From Azolla caroliniana (Eukaryota; Plantae; Polypodiophyta), in NCBI GenBank assembly GCA_043228905.1, contig JBHGNT010000009.1, positions 4,836,001-4,900,000 on the forward strand: 64,000 nt of DNA, read 5' to 3'. The notes under the pieces were generated by a model. That model worked only from the letters and a program-made list of their open reading frames with translations, was not told the DNA's origin and did no database searches. A program made the position numbers and the translations under genes. This document shows, piece after piece, positions 47,599 through 60,200 of the stretch. Positions within the stretch are counted from its first letter, which is position 1. Each line of letters opens with the position of its first letter.

Positions 47599-48475
47599 AA
47601 AAACAGAGCACACATATGATGGGATGTATGTATCATTATGTATGTATGTATGTATGTATGTATCATTATGTATGTATGTATGTATGTATCATTATGTATG
47701 TATGTATGTATGTATGTATACCTTTATCCCATGCATTTCTATTATCAAAAAACAGAGCATTTCAATTTTCAACCCCTCCAAAACAGAGAGCACATATGAT
47801 ACATATGATATGTATACCTTTATCCCATGCATTTCTATTATAAAAAAACAGAGCTTTTCAACCACTCCAAAACAGAGAGCACATATGATGGGATATACAT
47901 ATGTATGTATGTATTTATACCTTTATCCCATGCATTTCTATTATCAAAAAACAGAGCATTTCAACCACTACAAAACAGAGCACATATGATGGATATACCT
48001 TTATCCCATGCATTTCTATTATCAAAAAACAGAGCATTTCAACCACTACAAAACAGAGCACATATGATGGATATAATATGTATGTGTATTACCTTTATCC
48101 CATTCATTTCTATTATCAGAAAACAGAGCTTTTCAATCCCTCCAAAACAGAGCACATATGATGGGATATACATATGTATGTGTATTACCTTTATCCCATG
48201 CATTTCTATTATAAAAAAACAGAGCATTTCAACCACTCCAAAACAGAGAGCACATATGATGGAATATACATATGTATGTGTATTACCTTTATCCCATGCA
48301 TTTCTATTATCAAAAAACAGAGCATATTTCAACCCCTCCAAAACAGAGAGCACATATGATGGATATAGTATGTACACACATATGTATACCTTATCCCATA
48401 CATTTCTATTATAAAAAAACAGTGCATTTCAACCCCCCCAAAACAGAGCACATATGATACATATGTATATATATA
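47599..48475. repeat. minisatellite (~70-95-bp unit, ~10 copies) with embedded (TATG)n
   Basis: aaaacagag(ag)cacatatgatgg..tacctttatcccatgcatttctattatcaaaaaacagagcatttcaaccactcc. Confidence 0.95.
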
Positions 48476-49129
48476 TGTATCGGACAAGAACCCAAGATGC
48501 CATAAGTTAACATATTGAACCAATTCACCCAAAAACACTGAGACTACGGATCATCACAAGCCCGTCGAAAATGAGAGTGGTACATAATTTGTTGGTCTAT
48601 CATTTGGCATGCACTTCATAGCATTCTGATAATTGCCTGTCCATATTGATGCTTTTGTGTCCTTTCCAACATTTTGTGGCACTCAACTAATGAGCAACCA
48701 TTCTCAACATTGATTGTTGAGTTTCGTTTGTTTTTAAGTTATGAACACATAGGCAAACTAATGCATAAGAATAACATACATGTCACTCATGCATTCATCG
48801 TAGGCAACTTTTTATTTTTTAGTAACACTTTTATTGCTAGTGGGAAACCTCGAAGTGAGGTGAAACCCCGCAAAGAATAATGAGAAATATACAAGTGTCA
48901 ATTAGACACTAAAGAGCTTAGAAGCACTCAAAGTAAAGAGTGTAAATTTGCAGTGTGATGTCTCTAAATTGTAGTCAATCAAATAGAGATTGCTTGAAGG
49001 ATTGCTTAAAGAACCTAACTTCATGCAGTTGGTTTTTATCAAAGCCCTTATTATTGTAGGCCATTCAAATGGTCCAGAGTGCCCAAAATCTTGTCCATTG
49101 GAGAAAATAGGCATTGTTCGCTAGGGCAC

Positions 49130-49442
49130 ATGGAATTTGTCCAAATAGCCAAAAGTGTTTCCCAAACCTTCAGCCAGGAAATCTCTGAGAAAGAGATGCA
49201 TTTAGTGTTTGTACAAATGTTGTAATGAATGAGCAAGTTCATAATAAGTGTGGATCTGTTTCCAATCATCCACCACATCTTGCACAATGGAATTTGTCCA
49301 AATAGCCAAAAGTGTTTCCCAAACCTTTGGCCAAGAAATCTATGAGAAAGAGATGCACTTAGTCATTGTACAAATGTTGTAGTGAATGAGCAAGTCCATA
49401 ATAACTGTGGGCATGTTCCAATCGTCCACCACTTTGTGCACA
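49130..49442. repeat. ~158-bp tandem duplication within a probable degraded LINE; related sequence at ~60485-60625
   Basis: atggaatttgtccaaatagccaaaagtgtttcccaaacctt starting at 49130 and ~49287. Confidence 0.8.
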
Positions 49443-49903
49443 AATGCGACGAGGCTATTGATTGCTTTTGAAGATTTGACCCAGTTAGGAGCACACCCAA
49501 TAGGCATCTTCATAGGAATATATGTTGTTTAAGTAGAAGACCACAATTCCATAAGCTTGTAAGCTTGTTTTTCCACCAAGACTATGTTTTGTGTAGGTGC
49601 TAGAATGCATTTGCATGTTTGTGAAACCACATGGCAACAACATATACACTAAATGTGTTATAACTTTATTCATTGGAATAACAATGTTTCCTTTTTGTAA
49701 CATCCAATCCTAAATCTTGCGATCTCTATCTAGAGGTGGCACAAGTATTAAGGAAAGTACCAACTCTATGACTTGATTCTAGCTAACGCGATGATGTGGC
49801 GCAAGACTATAACGTCACTTCATGTCATTAAAGCCTATTAGGTGACCTTGGTCATTTACCATATTTGCAATTGATTTTAGCCCCATCGTAGGCAACTTAC
49901 GCT

Positions 49904-50338
49904 AGAGAAAGAAAGATATATTGATGTCTTCTAAGAGCAAAATTGGCCCGTGAGACAATTGGTTTACAACAAAATGGGGTATTTACCCATTCATCGAAAG
50001 TATAAAATAAAATAAAATAAAATAGAACTTAAACTAAAGAGTTCTAGTATTATACAAAAACATGTTATGGTGTAACATATTCTATAAAGGAAATGGTTTT
50101 ATACTATGCCTAGTTTCATTTCCATCCAAGTCTCTCGAAAAGAAGCAGGAGGTCAAAGGGTTTCGATGTGGATGTAGCCCATGGTCTCAATGTAAAAGGT
50201 ACCCCAACCATAGCTTCTAAGCAACGTAACTTACGTTCCCTTATATTCTTAATTGTTTCTACACCACATCGAGCTGCTTTGAAGCTCGACATCCGAGGGC
50301 GTTTGGTTGTTCTTTGCTTTTTTTGCTTCAACAAGGGA
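49904..50338 (-). mobile_element. 3' end of a LINE (same family as 51672-52510), inverted
   Basis: Encodes ...RMSSFKAAR..LEAMVG..PFDLLLLFERLGWK*; 3' UTR matches 52300-52505. Confidence 0.85.
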
Positions 50339-50763
50339 GAGGCCGAGTGGTGTAGATGTTATGAAACCAATGTTTTGGTAACTTAAATGTAAAACAAAAT
50401 ATGAAAATAAGGAACGCCATTATTGATATATGCACGATTCTCAAGTTAGATAAATTGAAATTGTTGTCTTTGAAATATCTTTATCATAGATCAATCCAAA
50501 GTGGAGAGATCTCCAAAGCAAGGCAGACATTTTTGATGGCACGAGATAATAGCCTTTAGTGATTGATGACAAGGGTGGCGAGGTTGTGCTCCACGGGGCT
50601 ACATGCACCTCAATTTGCTACTCCCCAATCTATTGTATAACCCATTTGCAAAGTCTTGGTTGATCCAAAATGGAGAGATCCCCAAAGGGAGATAGGCACA
50701 TGCGATGAAGGGAGATAATGGCCTTTACTTATTGACGACAAGGCTGGTGGGAATATATTTCCA

Positions 50764-51300
50764 TTGTGTGAGGTAATTGCCCAATTTGTCTTGAAGGTTC
50801 ACCATCTTTCTCTAAATGTTTTATTATTGTCGTCTTCTTTCTTTCTTTGGGATTATGTTGAGGTGGTTAAAAAAAGGTTGTGGAAAATAACGTGTTTGGG
50901 TATGGAGAACAGAGTATGATGCAGAGAACTTGAGAATCAATACACAATATAAGCACCATTTCCACCTTGCATATAATTCGGAATGGATGGGAAGGAATAC
51001 AAATTGTCCAATGTACAATAACATATCTACCAATCTATTCCTTTTTCCTTTTAAAAATAGTTGCAACCTTTTTCTCAATTGATTTTCTTATTTGTATGTG
51101 ATGCAATTGAGATTGAGGTTTCTTTATACATCTTAACATCCACTAGTAAGCTCATTTCCAACTAAAAATAGGAGATGGTGGATAGTCACGCAAGCACTAA
51201 AAACAGTAAAAAATGGCGTGCCCTATTATAAATGCTAAAAGAAAGGTGCTTGCATAGGAAATGTAATGTTGTATTTCAATGAGACCCCATGTAGTTTGGG
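50764..51300 (+). pseudogene. RING-H2 E3 ligase pseudogene fragment, copy 2 (RHB1A/At3g02290-like family)
   Basis: CPICLE|gt (50796)...ag|(50913) EYDAENLRINTQYKHHFHLAYNSEWMGRNTNCPMYN, against the recalled family consensus CPxCLEEYDxENPxIxTKCxHHFHLxCIxEWMERSxxCPVC. Confidence 0.8.
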
Positions 51301-51623
51301 TTTTAGCTTATGAATCATAGACTACTCTACATTAAAGCTTAAAACTGACTAGTTTAAGATCTTCTGGTGTCCTTAATGTTCCAAGAGGGAGGAATGTTGC
51401 TAATTTTTTCCGGTGCTCAACAATAAATCTTTATTGTTATTTCTGAATTGTAGCTTCATCCTCTTATTCTCTTTGATGCAATGTTGCTCCCTCGATCAAT
51501 CACAGAAGCAAACTTCATATGACAAAGGTTTATGCACTCATATGATATTATACATCATATATCCCATATATGCATAAACATAACGATATGAATGTTGCTA
51601 AACGAAAGGTAATGATGTGTTTG

Positions 51624-51671
<48 letters not shown>

Positions 51672-51673
<2 letters not shown>

Positions 51674-52510
51674 AATGCACTAAGGGTTGCCATTGGTCAA
51701 CTTAGAATATCATCTCTCCAACTTGAGATTGAGCATGGACGTATTAATGGAGTCCCTAGGGAGGAAAGGATTTGTAGGTTATGCCATGTAGAGATAGAGG
51801 ATGAGTACCACTTTACATGCAAATGTCCCACCTATGCCGAGATAAGGGCCAAATACCAAGACATACTTGGTTCCTCTCCCACCCTCCCTAAACTTTTAGA
51901 TACACTAGATATAAAGAAATTAGGCAGAGATACATCCTAGAATTAAAACAACACACAGAGAATAAGTTACAAAATGTTGACAATAGGGTTGCTAATGTTC
52001 ACCAACATGTAACAAATGAAGTCTTTCAGGAACAAGGGGAGACAACGAATGTTGACACACCTGCACCACTTGGGCTTTTCCTTGATGAAGCAGAAAATCA
52101 AAGAAGAACCAAATGCCCTCGGATGTCGTGTTTCAAAGCAACTCGACGTGATCTAGAAGCAATAAAGAAAATAAGGGAACGTGAGCTACACCGCCTAGAA
52201 GCCATGGTTGGGGCACTCTATACACCGGGACCACGGGTCACACCCACACCAAAACCCTTTGACCTCCCACTTCTTTTCGAGAGGCTTGGGTGGAAATGAA
52301 ATTAGGTTTAGTGCAAAGTCTCTTCTTTTTTATCAAGTATGTATACTATGTTTTGTACACGACTAGAACTCTTTTAGCTTAAGCTATTTTTACTTTACTT
52401 TACTTTTAGTTTTGATGATTGGATAAATACCCATTCTTGTTGTAAACCAACTGTCTCATGGGCCAATTTTGGCCTTAGAAGACGTTAATATAACTTTCTT
52501 TCTCTCTCTC
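51672..52510 (+). mobile_element. 5'-truncated LINE (RTE-X-like ORF2 C-terminus plus 3' UTR) next to (CT)n
   Basis: LRISSLQLEIEHGR..PREERICRLC..EDEYHFTCKCPTYAEIR zinc-knuckle region; ORF continues after a 2-nt slip to TGA 52299; (CT)n at 51628-51671; ctttctttctctctctc tail. Confidence 0.8.
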
Positions 52511-52604
52511 CATAACGATGTGAAAATGTCAGAATGTGAATGCTCAAACTTGCAACTTTAAATGCTTTTTGTTTCGCATTCCAAAGCTTCTTCTCTACTA
52601 CAAA

Positions 52605-52875
52605 TTGGCAACAGTTCGATTTCGACTTAATCGGTTTTCAAACTTGAACCAAAGTGGCTCCTAAACCGGTTTCAGAGCCAGTTTAGCCAACTCGATTAAC
52701 CTTAACTGGTTTGGGAACTGGTTTAGCCCAAAACACTACGGTTCGGTTTGAGCTATATCCCAAACCAAGCTCAAACCGGTTAAGGAAGCTAAAGCCTGAA
52801 ACGGAACCGCTAAACCGTTCAATAACAGTGTAAAAGGTTGGGTTCAGGCTTGAGCTGAGCCGTTGCCCACTCCTA
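52605..52875. mobile_element. degenerate hAT-like MITE upstream of FNR
   Basis: Right end ccgttgcccactccta (reverse complement TAGGAGTGGGCAACGG); degenerate left end ttggcaacag; AACCG/CGGTT-rich interior; similar sequence at 63830-63960; no TSD seen. Confidence 0.5.
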
Positions 52876-53223
52876 GTCTCTACTGTGTATCGTATGTTCC
52901 TCTGATCGTCTTCTTCTTCTTCTTCTTCTTCTTCTTCTTCATTGGGGCGCCTCTCTTTCGGAACTTGTGTGTTCCTCTCTCTCTCTCTCTCTGTCAATAC
53001 AGCTTTGGCACGTGCACAAAAAAGTAGCGCCTTTCTTTCAGAACCTTCACATCTAAAGATGCATGTCAGTCCATGTTCTCTCTCTGTCTTTCTCTCTTTG
53101 CACAAATCAAATTAATTTCTAAACCCTAACACCCTGCCCTGCCCTCCTCTCTCTCTCTCTCTCTCTCTCTGAATCTTCTACGGCAACATAAAATCTTCCT
53201 TCTTTTGAAGAGAATATAGAGCC

Positions 53224-56138
53224 ATGGCGCATGCTGGTATGATTTCGAAGGTAAATATAACTTCGATTGCCCTCGATCCGCATTTTTTTTTTCTTTCCCC
53301 TTGTTCGTTCCTTTTTTTTTTTTTTTCTGTCTGGTCTTCAACATCATTTTCATTCTTTGTTGTTGTCTTTTGATTTGTTTTTCTACTGTTGGGTTCTTTT
53401 ACATTATGTTTTTTCTATATTTTTTCTTTGCTTTGTAGCATTTCGATGCTTGCTTGTTAGTTTTTTGCCTTTAGATGCTTATTTTCTGGTTTTTAGCCTT
53501 TTGATGGCTGTTGTGGTTTTTTAGTCTTTGATTGTTATGTTTTTTGCTTTTTTCCGTAATCTGGGTTCTTCTTGTAATATTGTTTTTTCCATCTCCTCAT
53601 TCTGGGTTCTTCTGCAAGGATTGAATGGATGCATTCTTGTATTTTTGTTTGATCTTTTTTTTATGGTAGGTTGGTCTCAGCTCTCTGCACCTCTATACCG
53701 GGGAAGGATCAATATCTCAAAAAAACACTTCTAATTCCGAGGTTAGTGTGCATGATCATTCTTGTTTTTGATCTGTAACAAAAGAAGAGAAACGATTAGC
53801 TTGGTGCATAACTGGATATATGGATAGGTGAACGAGGAAATTTTCATGAAATCATTAGCTCTTTATTGGTTTTTTTCTCAATAAGAAAGAACAAGAATCT
53901 CTAACCTCTATAGATTGCTAAATAGATTAGTGATAAAGTATTAAATAAAATGTATGGAACCGTGTATCAATCTATCTATATGTAATATATGAAATGCGAT
54001 GTGTGGAACCATGTATATGCATAGACTCTATTACTGTTGTTAAAGTTGAAATATGGTCTACTGAACTTAATAAAAAGGGCGTACGATATTTTTTGAATGA
54101 ATAGATAATTAACATTTATTCTTTATATTAACCTCCTTGGACAAGAATATTACCTATCCAACCCTTTAAATAGCACATAAAATCTGACCAATGGAATCAG
54201 TGATCATGCAAAATAAGTGTCTCCTCTGACATGAGAGGGTTTGTAATAAATGGATAGGTACATATGTTAATGGATTCTAGTACCTGAAAAGAGGCAGAGT
54301 TGGTTTGATACACCTGGTTGCGTGATCTTCATCAAGCTTGACTCAGATGTGGGTTTTTGCCCAGAGTTGGGCTGTAATAATTGACTCTGATACGGGTTGT
54401 CCAGGGGGTTAATATTTAATTGCTAAAATGTCTGAAGGTGTAGTAACCTGCCTTAAAAGAGACTATTTATTGAAAATACAGAAGCCAGTTTCTTTTTTAT
54501 GGAAGGATGTGAATAAGTAAGTGTTGGCATGCATAACTTTGAGAGAGAGATTACATAGATATGGCTCAGATGATAAGGTTGTCTGTGGAGACCAGGTCAT
54601 ATGGTGAATAATGAGTGAAAAGAGTCCTAATACAAAAAAATAGGAGAGAGAGTGAACTTTTCATTTAATTGTCATTATGCTGCCAAAACAGATACAAATG
54701 AACCAGCCATTTAGTCTAAGGCACTCTTCCGTTTTCTCTGGAGAGAGTTTATGTCTTAAACTACCATCTGCACCAGTTTGGAGGGCCTATAAGAGATCAA
54801 GTATTCAAGCAAAGGTTGTCAGCTTCCCGCCAGAATTGGAGGAGGCGACTCAACCGCCTTTGAATTTATACAAGCCCAAGGAACCATACACTGCCAAGAT
54901 TGTGTCTGTAGAGAGAATAGTAGGACCCAAAGCACCTGGAGAAACTTGCCACATTGTCATCGATCATGGAGGCAATGTTCCTTACTGGGAAGGCCAGAGC
55001 ATAGGCGTGATTGCACCTGTAAGTGAACCTTACTCTCTTCCATCTTCTCTGTATGATGGATTTGTATCAGGTTGAACTCTCTTTTGTAGCCCTCCTTCAA
55101 CGCATTTATTATTCAGGTCGAATTGAGTACTTGAAAAGTAAAATCCATCGTAAGGATTGTTATGCATCTATGTTGATCAATGCAGAAAACTATTTTCCTA
55201 TTTATAGGGTGAGAATCCAAAGAAACCTGGACAAGCACATGCAGTCAGGCTTTATTCAATTGCATCAACAAGGTATGGAGATGATTTTGATGGGAAAACA
55301 GCAAGCTTTTGCATACGAAGAGCTGTTTATATCGATCCAGAGACTGGATTGGAGGACAAAGAGAAGAAAGGGGTTTGCAGCAATTTCCTCTGTGATAGTA
55401 AACCAGGAGATGAAGTTCAAATTACAGGTATGCTAGAATGCAGAACTGTGCTATTTTGCGAAATTTTTGTCATGATTTCTTTAATTTAATTATTCACTCG
55501 GATGTCTATTATTTTTCTTATTCATTATGATTCCAATTCCAAATTTTCAAATGTTTGTTGTGTTATTTGTATTGTTCACAATTTGTCATTGTGATTCCTA
55601 TTGTTTCATTTTTCATAATTTTGGTGTTCTGTTTTTTCCAGGACCTTCTGGAAAGATTATGTTGTTACCTGAACACCCTAAGGCCACACATATCATGGTG
55701 GCCACAGGCACTGGTATTGCTCCATATAGAGCATTCTTGAGACGAATGTTTATGGAAGATATACCTAATTATAAATTCAGTGGACTTAGCTGGCTTTTCT
55801 TGGGAGTAGCAAACAGTGATAGTCTTCTTTATCATGATGAGTTCGCCCAATATCTCAAGAAATTTCCAGATCACTTCAGATATGATATTGCATTGAGCAG
55901 AGAGCAAAGAAACAAGAATGGTGGGAAGATGTATGTTCAAGACAAAATTGAAGAGTATGGAGATGAGCTTTTCCAGCTTTTGGATGAGGGTGCACACATG
56001 TATTTCTGTGGTTTAAAAGGAATGATGCCTGGAATACAAGAGACTCTAAAGAGGGTTGCTGAACAAAAGGGTATAAACTGGGAAGAAAAGTTATCAACAT
56101 TGAAGAAAAATAAGCAGTGGCATGTAGAGGTCTATTAA
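53224..56138 (+). CDS. RFNR: ferredoxin-NADP+ reductase, root (non-photosynthetic) type, plastid precursor, 5 exons, 380 aa
   Basis: Exons 53224-53250, 53670-53741, 54692-55018, 55208-55427, 55642-56138 (1143 nt in frame; first two transit-peptide exons less certain). Motifs [79 protein letters not shown]. Confidence 0.95.
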
Positions 56139-56824
56139 GTTTGAATGAGATTTGTTTGAGCTTTTTTGACTTGCATCAAATTCCTTGAGAGGCACCATGT
56201 CTTGCAATCAACATTAAACAGAAACAATCTGGACATGGATTTAGTCTCACTGAACCATGATGCCATTTCAAGTTTGAATCCAGTTTGAAAATCATGTCTA
56301 AAACCGGAACAATATAATACCATTATAAGAATAAAAACCCCCAAGTTTCTGACACAGGGCCACTTCTTTTCTTTACGTTGGTTTCTTAGAACAATAAGTT
56401 TGTTATGTATATGTATATGTTCTGAATAACGACCTTTTATTTCTGGCATGGATGACAGTTTCTTCTTTTTATCTAAAACTTAAAAGTTTTTCTTGCTGCA
56501 ATATGCTGAACCTATGATTCTGGTGAAATTAATTTGTTGTTTCACTTTCTATCCGCCTTCTCTTTGTGAGATGGAAATGAAGGCTTGTTAATGAAAAATC
56601 AAGACCCTCGAGTGCAGATAACACTCAGTGTTTGCCTAACGTCAAGTATATACACTCACATCCCAATCAAATATACTATGTCTTCTTCAGGTTATAGCAT
56701 GGATTCCTTACATAAAATATAAGCCAGTATTAATTTGTAATTCCACAAGACATTATGTAATGAAGCTCAATGTTATAGCAAGCATAATATTTATATGCAG
56801 TGATAATATTTCAGCACACATCAC

Positions 56825-57003
56825 TAAACCAAACCAAATTTGGCTGCTTGGCATATTGTGTGGGGGAAGAATAGTTTGAACTAAGGGTTAAGACTAATGG
56901 TGGTGAGAAGTAAGCATCATTAAACCAAGCCAAATTGACAGCTTGGAATAGTGTGTGGGGGAAGATTAGTTTGAACCCAGGGTTAGACTAATGGTGGTGA
57001 GAA
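56825..57003. repeat. ~95-bp tandem duplication
   Basis: taaacca..ccaaatt..gcttgg..tgtgtgggggaaga.tagtttgaac..agggtt.agactaatggtggtgagaa x2. Confidence 0.85.
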
Positions 57004-57299
57004 CCTATGTCTGTGAGCCCACATGGTGTTTGCGTTATGCTCCAAAACACATAAAATCAAGTATAAAAGGGCGGAAAGAATAGACGGGTGCGTTTTGGGT
57101 TAATTTAAGGGTAGGATTTCTGTTCAAGGATCATTAGGGGCTATAACACATTTAATTGATCTCTATTGTTGTATTTGCAATCTAATTGCAATAAAAATGT
57201 ACATTCCTTATTTAATTTTTGTCTAATAAAGTGTCTCTATTCTACTTATCGCTTGCCATTTTTGCTTTTTATTCAACATCGACAATCATTAACTCTCAA

Positions 57300-60200
57300 A
57301 TACACTATTACTTGTCCGGCACATCTAGAGGCCAAATACAATCAGAACATTTGTTTCTTATCTCTCTATTAGCTCCTAGTTAAGAACCTAAGCAGGTCTA
57401 TCCCAAAATGTGCAATTCTATTAGGTATAGTCAAAATGATCCCCCCAAGGAATTAGTTTACCCTACATCTATTCTTAGAGTGCACATTTTGTGATAGCAG
57501 CCCAAATGAGTAGTTATTGTGCAACTTGATCATATGGAAGAATAAGGTGTCAATGTGGGAATCTGTAGATCGAGTCAAATAGAATGTATTTAGGAATGAG
57601 GGAAGTAGGGTAATGTGATTGGCTACTAAGGTAAACTAGAAGGATATTGTTTGTTAGCGAGTTAAGATCTACATACTTAGTCTTGAAGTATGTGTCAATG
57701 ACTTTATGATGGATATTATCAGTACGATCTTGTATTGACAAAGCTAGGTCATATTAAATGACAAGTCAATTGACAAAAAAGAAACATCCCCACTATTATC
57801 AAATGAGTAAAACATTTTATGTGACACTAAGACCAAACACAAGACATAAATATTTGCCCTCTTTCTCTTACACTTGGCTATTGTCACTATTATCTATGTT
57901 AATTATCTTTGTAGTCGACTAGGCAAGATCCCATCTAAGTTCTAAGGTGTGAGTGCAAGAGGACTACCATTGTCATCTATTCTCATATGTAATAGAATGT
58001 TTGTATTGACACATATACATATCCATTACTGTAACTCTATGCCTATCTAATCTATTCTCAATATTTCTAACAAATTCCCCTAACCTATTTGACACCATAA
58101 ATACCCCACTAGTAAATCAAATCCCAATGTAATTTTCATCATCTATAGCATTGGATGCTCATGCAAAGATCAATTTGCTTCTAAGATTGATTTTTTTATC
58201 AACACATTTGGTAGGCTATTATTCCCCACTATACCTCACTAACATAAAAAGAAAATGTATCTAGCTGAATTTTTGTGAATTGATTTGATAAACCATCAAT
58301 GCATGTGTAAATAAGGTGATCTTCCATTGAGCTAGTGATCGATCCCTAGTAAATTCAAATACAAGTCTATATGAAACAAAGTAGATCATCTTTTTTTCTT
58401 GATGGAACAAGAAATTGTTTTTCTAAATCTGATAGTACCTGAATTCCATATATGTATAAGGTTTTTTCCTTTAATTTTCAAGTAACATCTCAAAACTATG
58501 ATAGGATAGTGAAATGGATGGATTCCTTTGCCTAATATCACATCTCTCCAATCCATCTTTCACAAAAGTGTAACGAAGGCAGCCAATTGCATTCAAATCT
58601 TCTATCACTCTCACTTGCCTTCTACCTTTGCTACTTAGCCTCACCAGTTTGAAAACACCCTTCAACTTCATTATCTTCTGTGGCAAATCCACCCATATGA
58701 GTGTTGGTGTCCGTAGAACTCTCATATCCAAAGCTGTGAGAAGCTGCATATGGATGGTGTATATGGCAAGCATTTTATCAAATCCAATCCCGATAGCTTC
58801 AATTGAACAAAGGATATTGCAAGCATTTTATCCAAATGTTCAATTATACATTCAAGGGTTTAGGTTTAGTGATGGTAAAGAATATTTATATGCGTTTTAT
58901 CCAACCCACTGGATTTGATCATTTCAAATTTTAACTATAGATTCAAGGATTATCAAAGAATATTCAAAGCTATGACAAAGGCAAGCTACTGCAAGCCTCA
59001 GTATTTGATCATTTTAATCGTAGATTCAAGGATTATCAAAGAATATTCAAAGCTAGGTCAAGACAAGCTCCTGCAAGCCTGACACCCCATAGTCATTACA
59101 AAGAATTAATTAATCTGCCATCAGATCACATCATACAAAGTAGTGTTGGATAGCTATTATTTGATATTTTTTTGTCGAAACATTTTTTCAGGTTCTTTCT
59201 TTTTTCTTGAACAGTAATGCACAACAAATAGGATAGGAGTTATTAGCTTTATCTGCCAAGGAAACTGATTTGGAAACCCATGTCATCGCAACAAGAGAAG
59301 TTAATCGTTAATGCCACAATTTTTATTTTCCTTTATTAGCAAAGAATACTCATACAGCAAAACCCATGTCTAGTCCAGACAGGAACCCCCAAATAAGATA
59401 AGTTTTGGAGTAATGAATGAAGGAATGTTATTTAAATAATGAATTTTGTCAAGAAAAGAGAACGGAAATACTACATATACCGCATTTATATCTAGAGTAT
59501 TGAATGCGGATTTATATAAATAATGTACATCTTACAACACTGGGGGGGCAGAACCTGCTGACACCATGCCCGCTACCAACCATACTTTTTGTCATTCAAG
59601 TGCAATCGCAAATATGTTACTGTTGTGAATTTGATCATCTCTTCCACATGGCGCGATTGCAATACAATTGCTTCTCAATATAATTTACTTCACAAAATTG
59701 ACACATTGTACACACACATCAGTACATCCTAAATAAGATACGGGTGCTTCCAGATTTCAATATGCCATTTGGACTCAATGGCTGTCTTCATGTCAATCAA
59801 CAAAAGCGTAAATAATTTGCAAAAGAACGGCTATACATTCTGCATATGTTATATATTGTCTCTCCTTACCTCCTAAACACTGCAAGCCAAAAATTTAATC
59901 ATTAGAGATCCAGACATTTCTCTCTCCCTCTCATTCTCTCTCTGCTCTTCCCCAGGAATTAAAGAGGAAATATTATCCACGTCTGATACATTGAAGGGCA
60001 AACACTGATGAACCAGGCACATCAATGCATCCTGATAATGATCTTATTTGCATGCAAGTTAGCATAGAAAGCCATGCCCCAGAGATATTACAAGCATGTA
60101 ATGAGAGCAGACGACTTCTACATTGTAAGAACGGAATGTGAATCATTATTGATGGTCTCCCAATCAGATAAGGATTTGGGGCCTGTGGAATAAAGTTGTT

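Noticed and set aside
47599-48475. Repeat array and 46-bp x4 array (42746) as possible CRISPR arrays, and their ORFs
   Set aside because: Head-to-tail units without unique spacers, no cas genes, eukaryotic context; the ORFs are repeat translations
53126-53734. Hydrophobic or Lys-rich ORFs near the FNR start
   Set aside because: Translations of the T-rich intron 1 and the CT microsatellite
28370-56138. HMT plus root FNR as a sulfur-metabolism gene cluster
   Set aside because: Only two loosely related genes 13 kb apart, with no shared regulatory signal seen; adjacency is likely incidental
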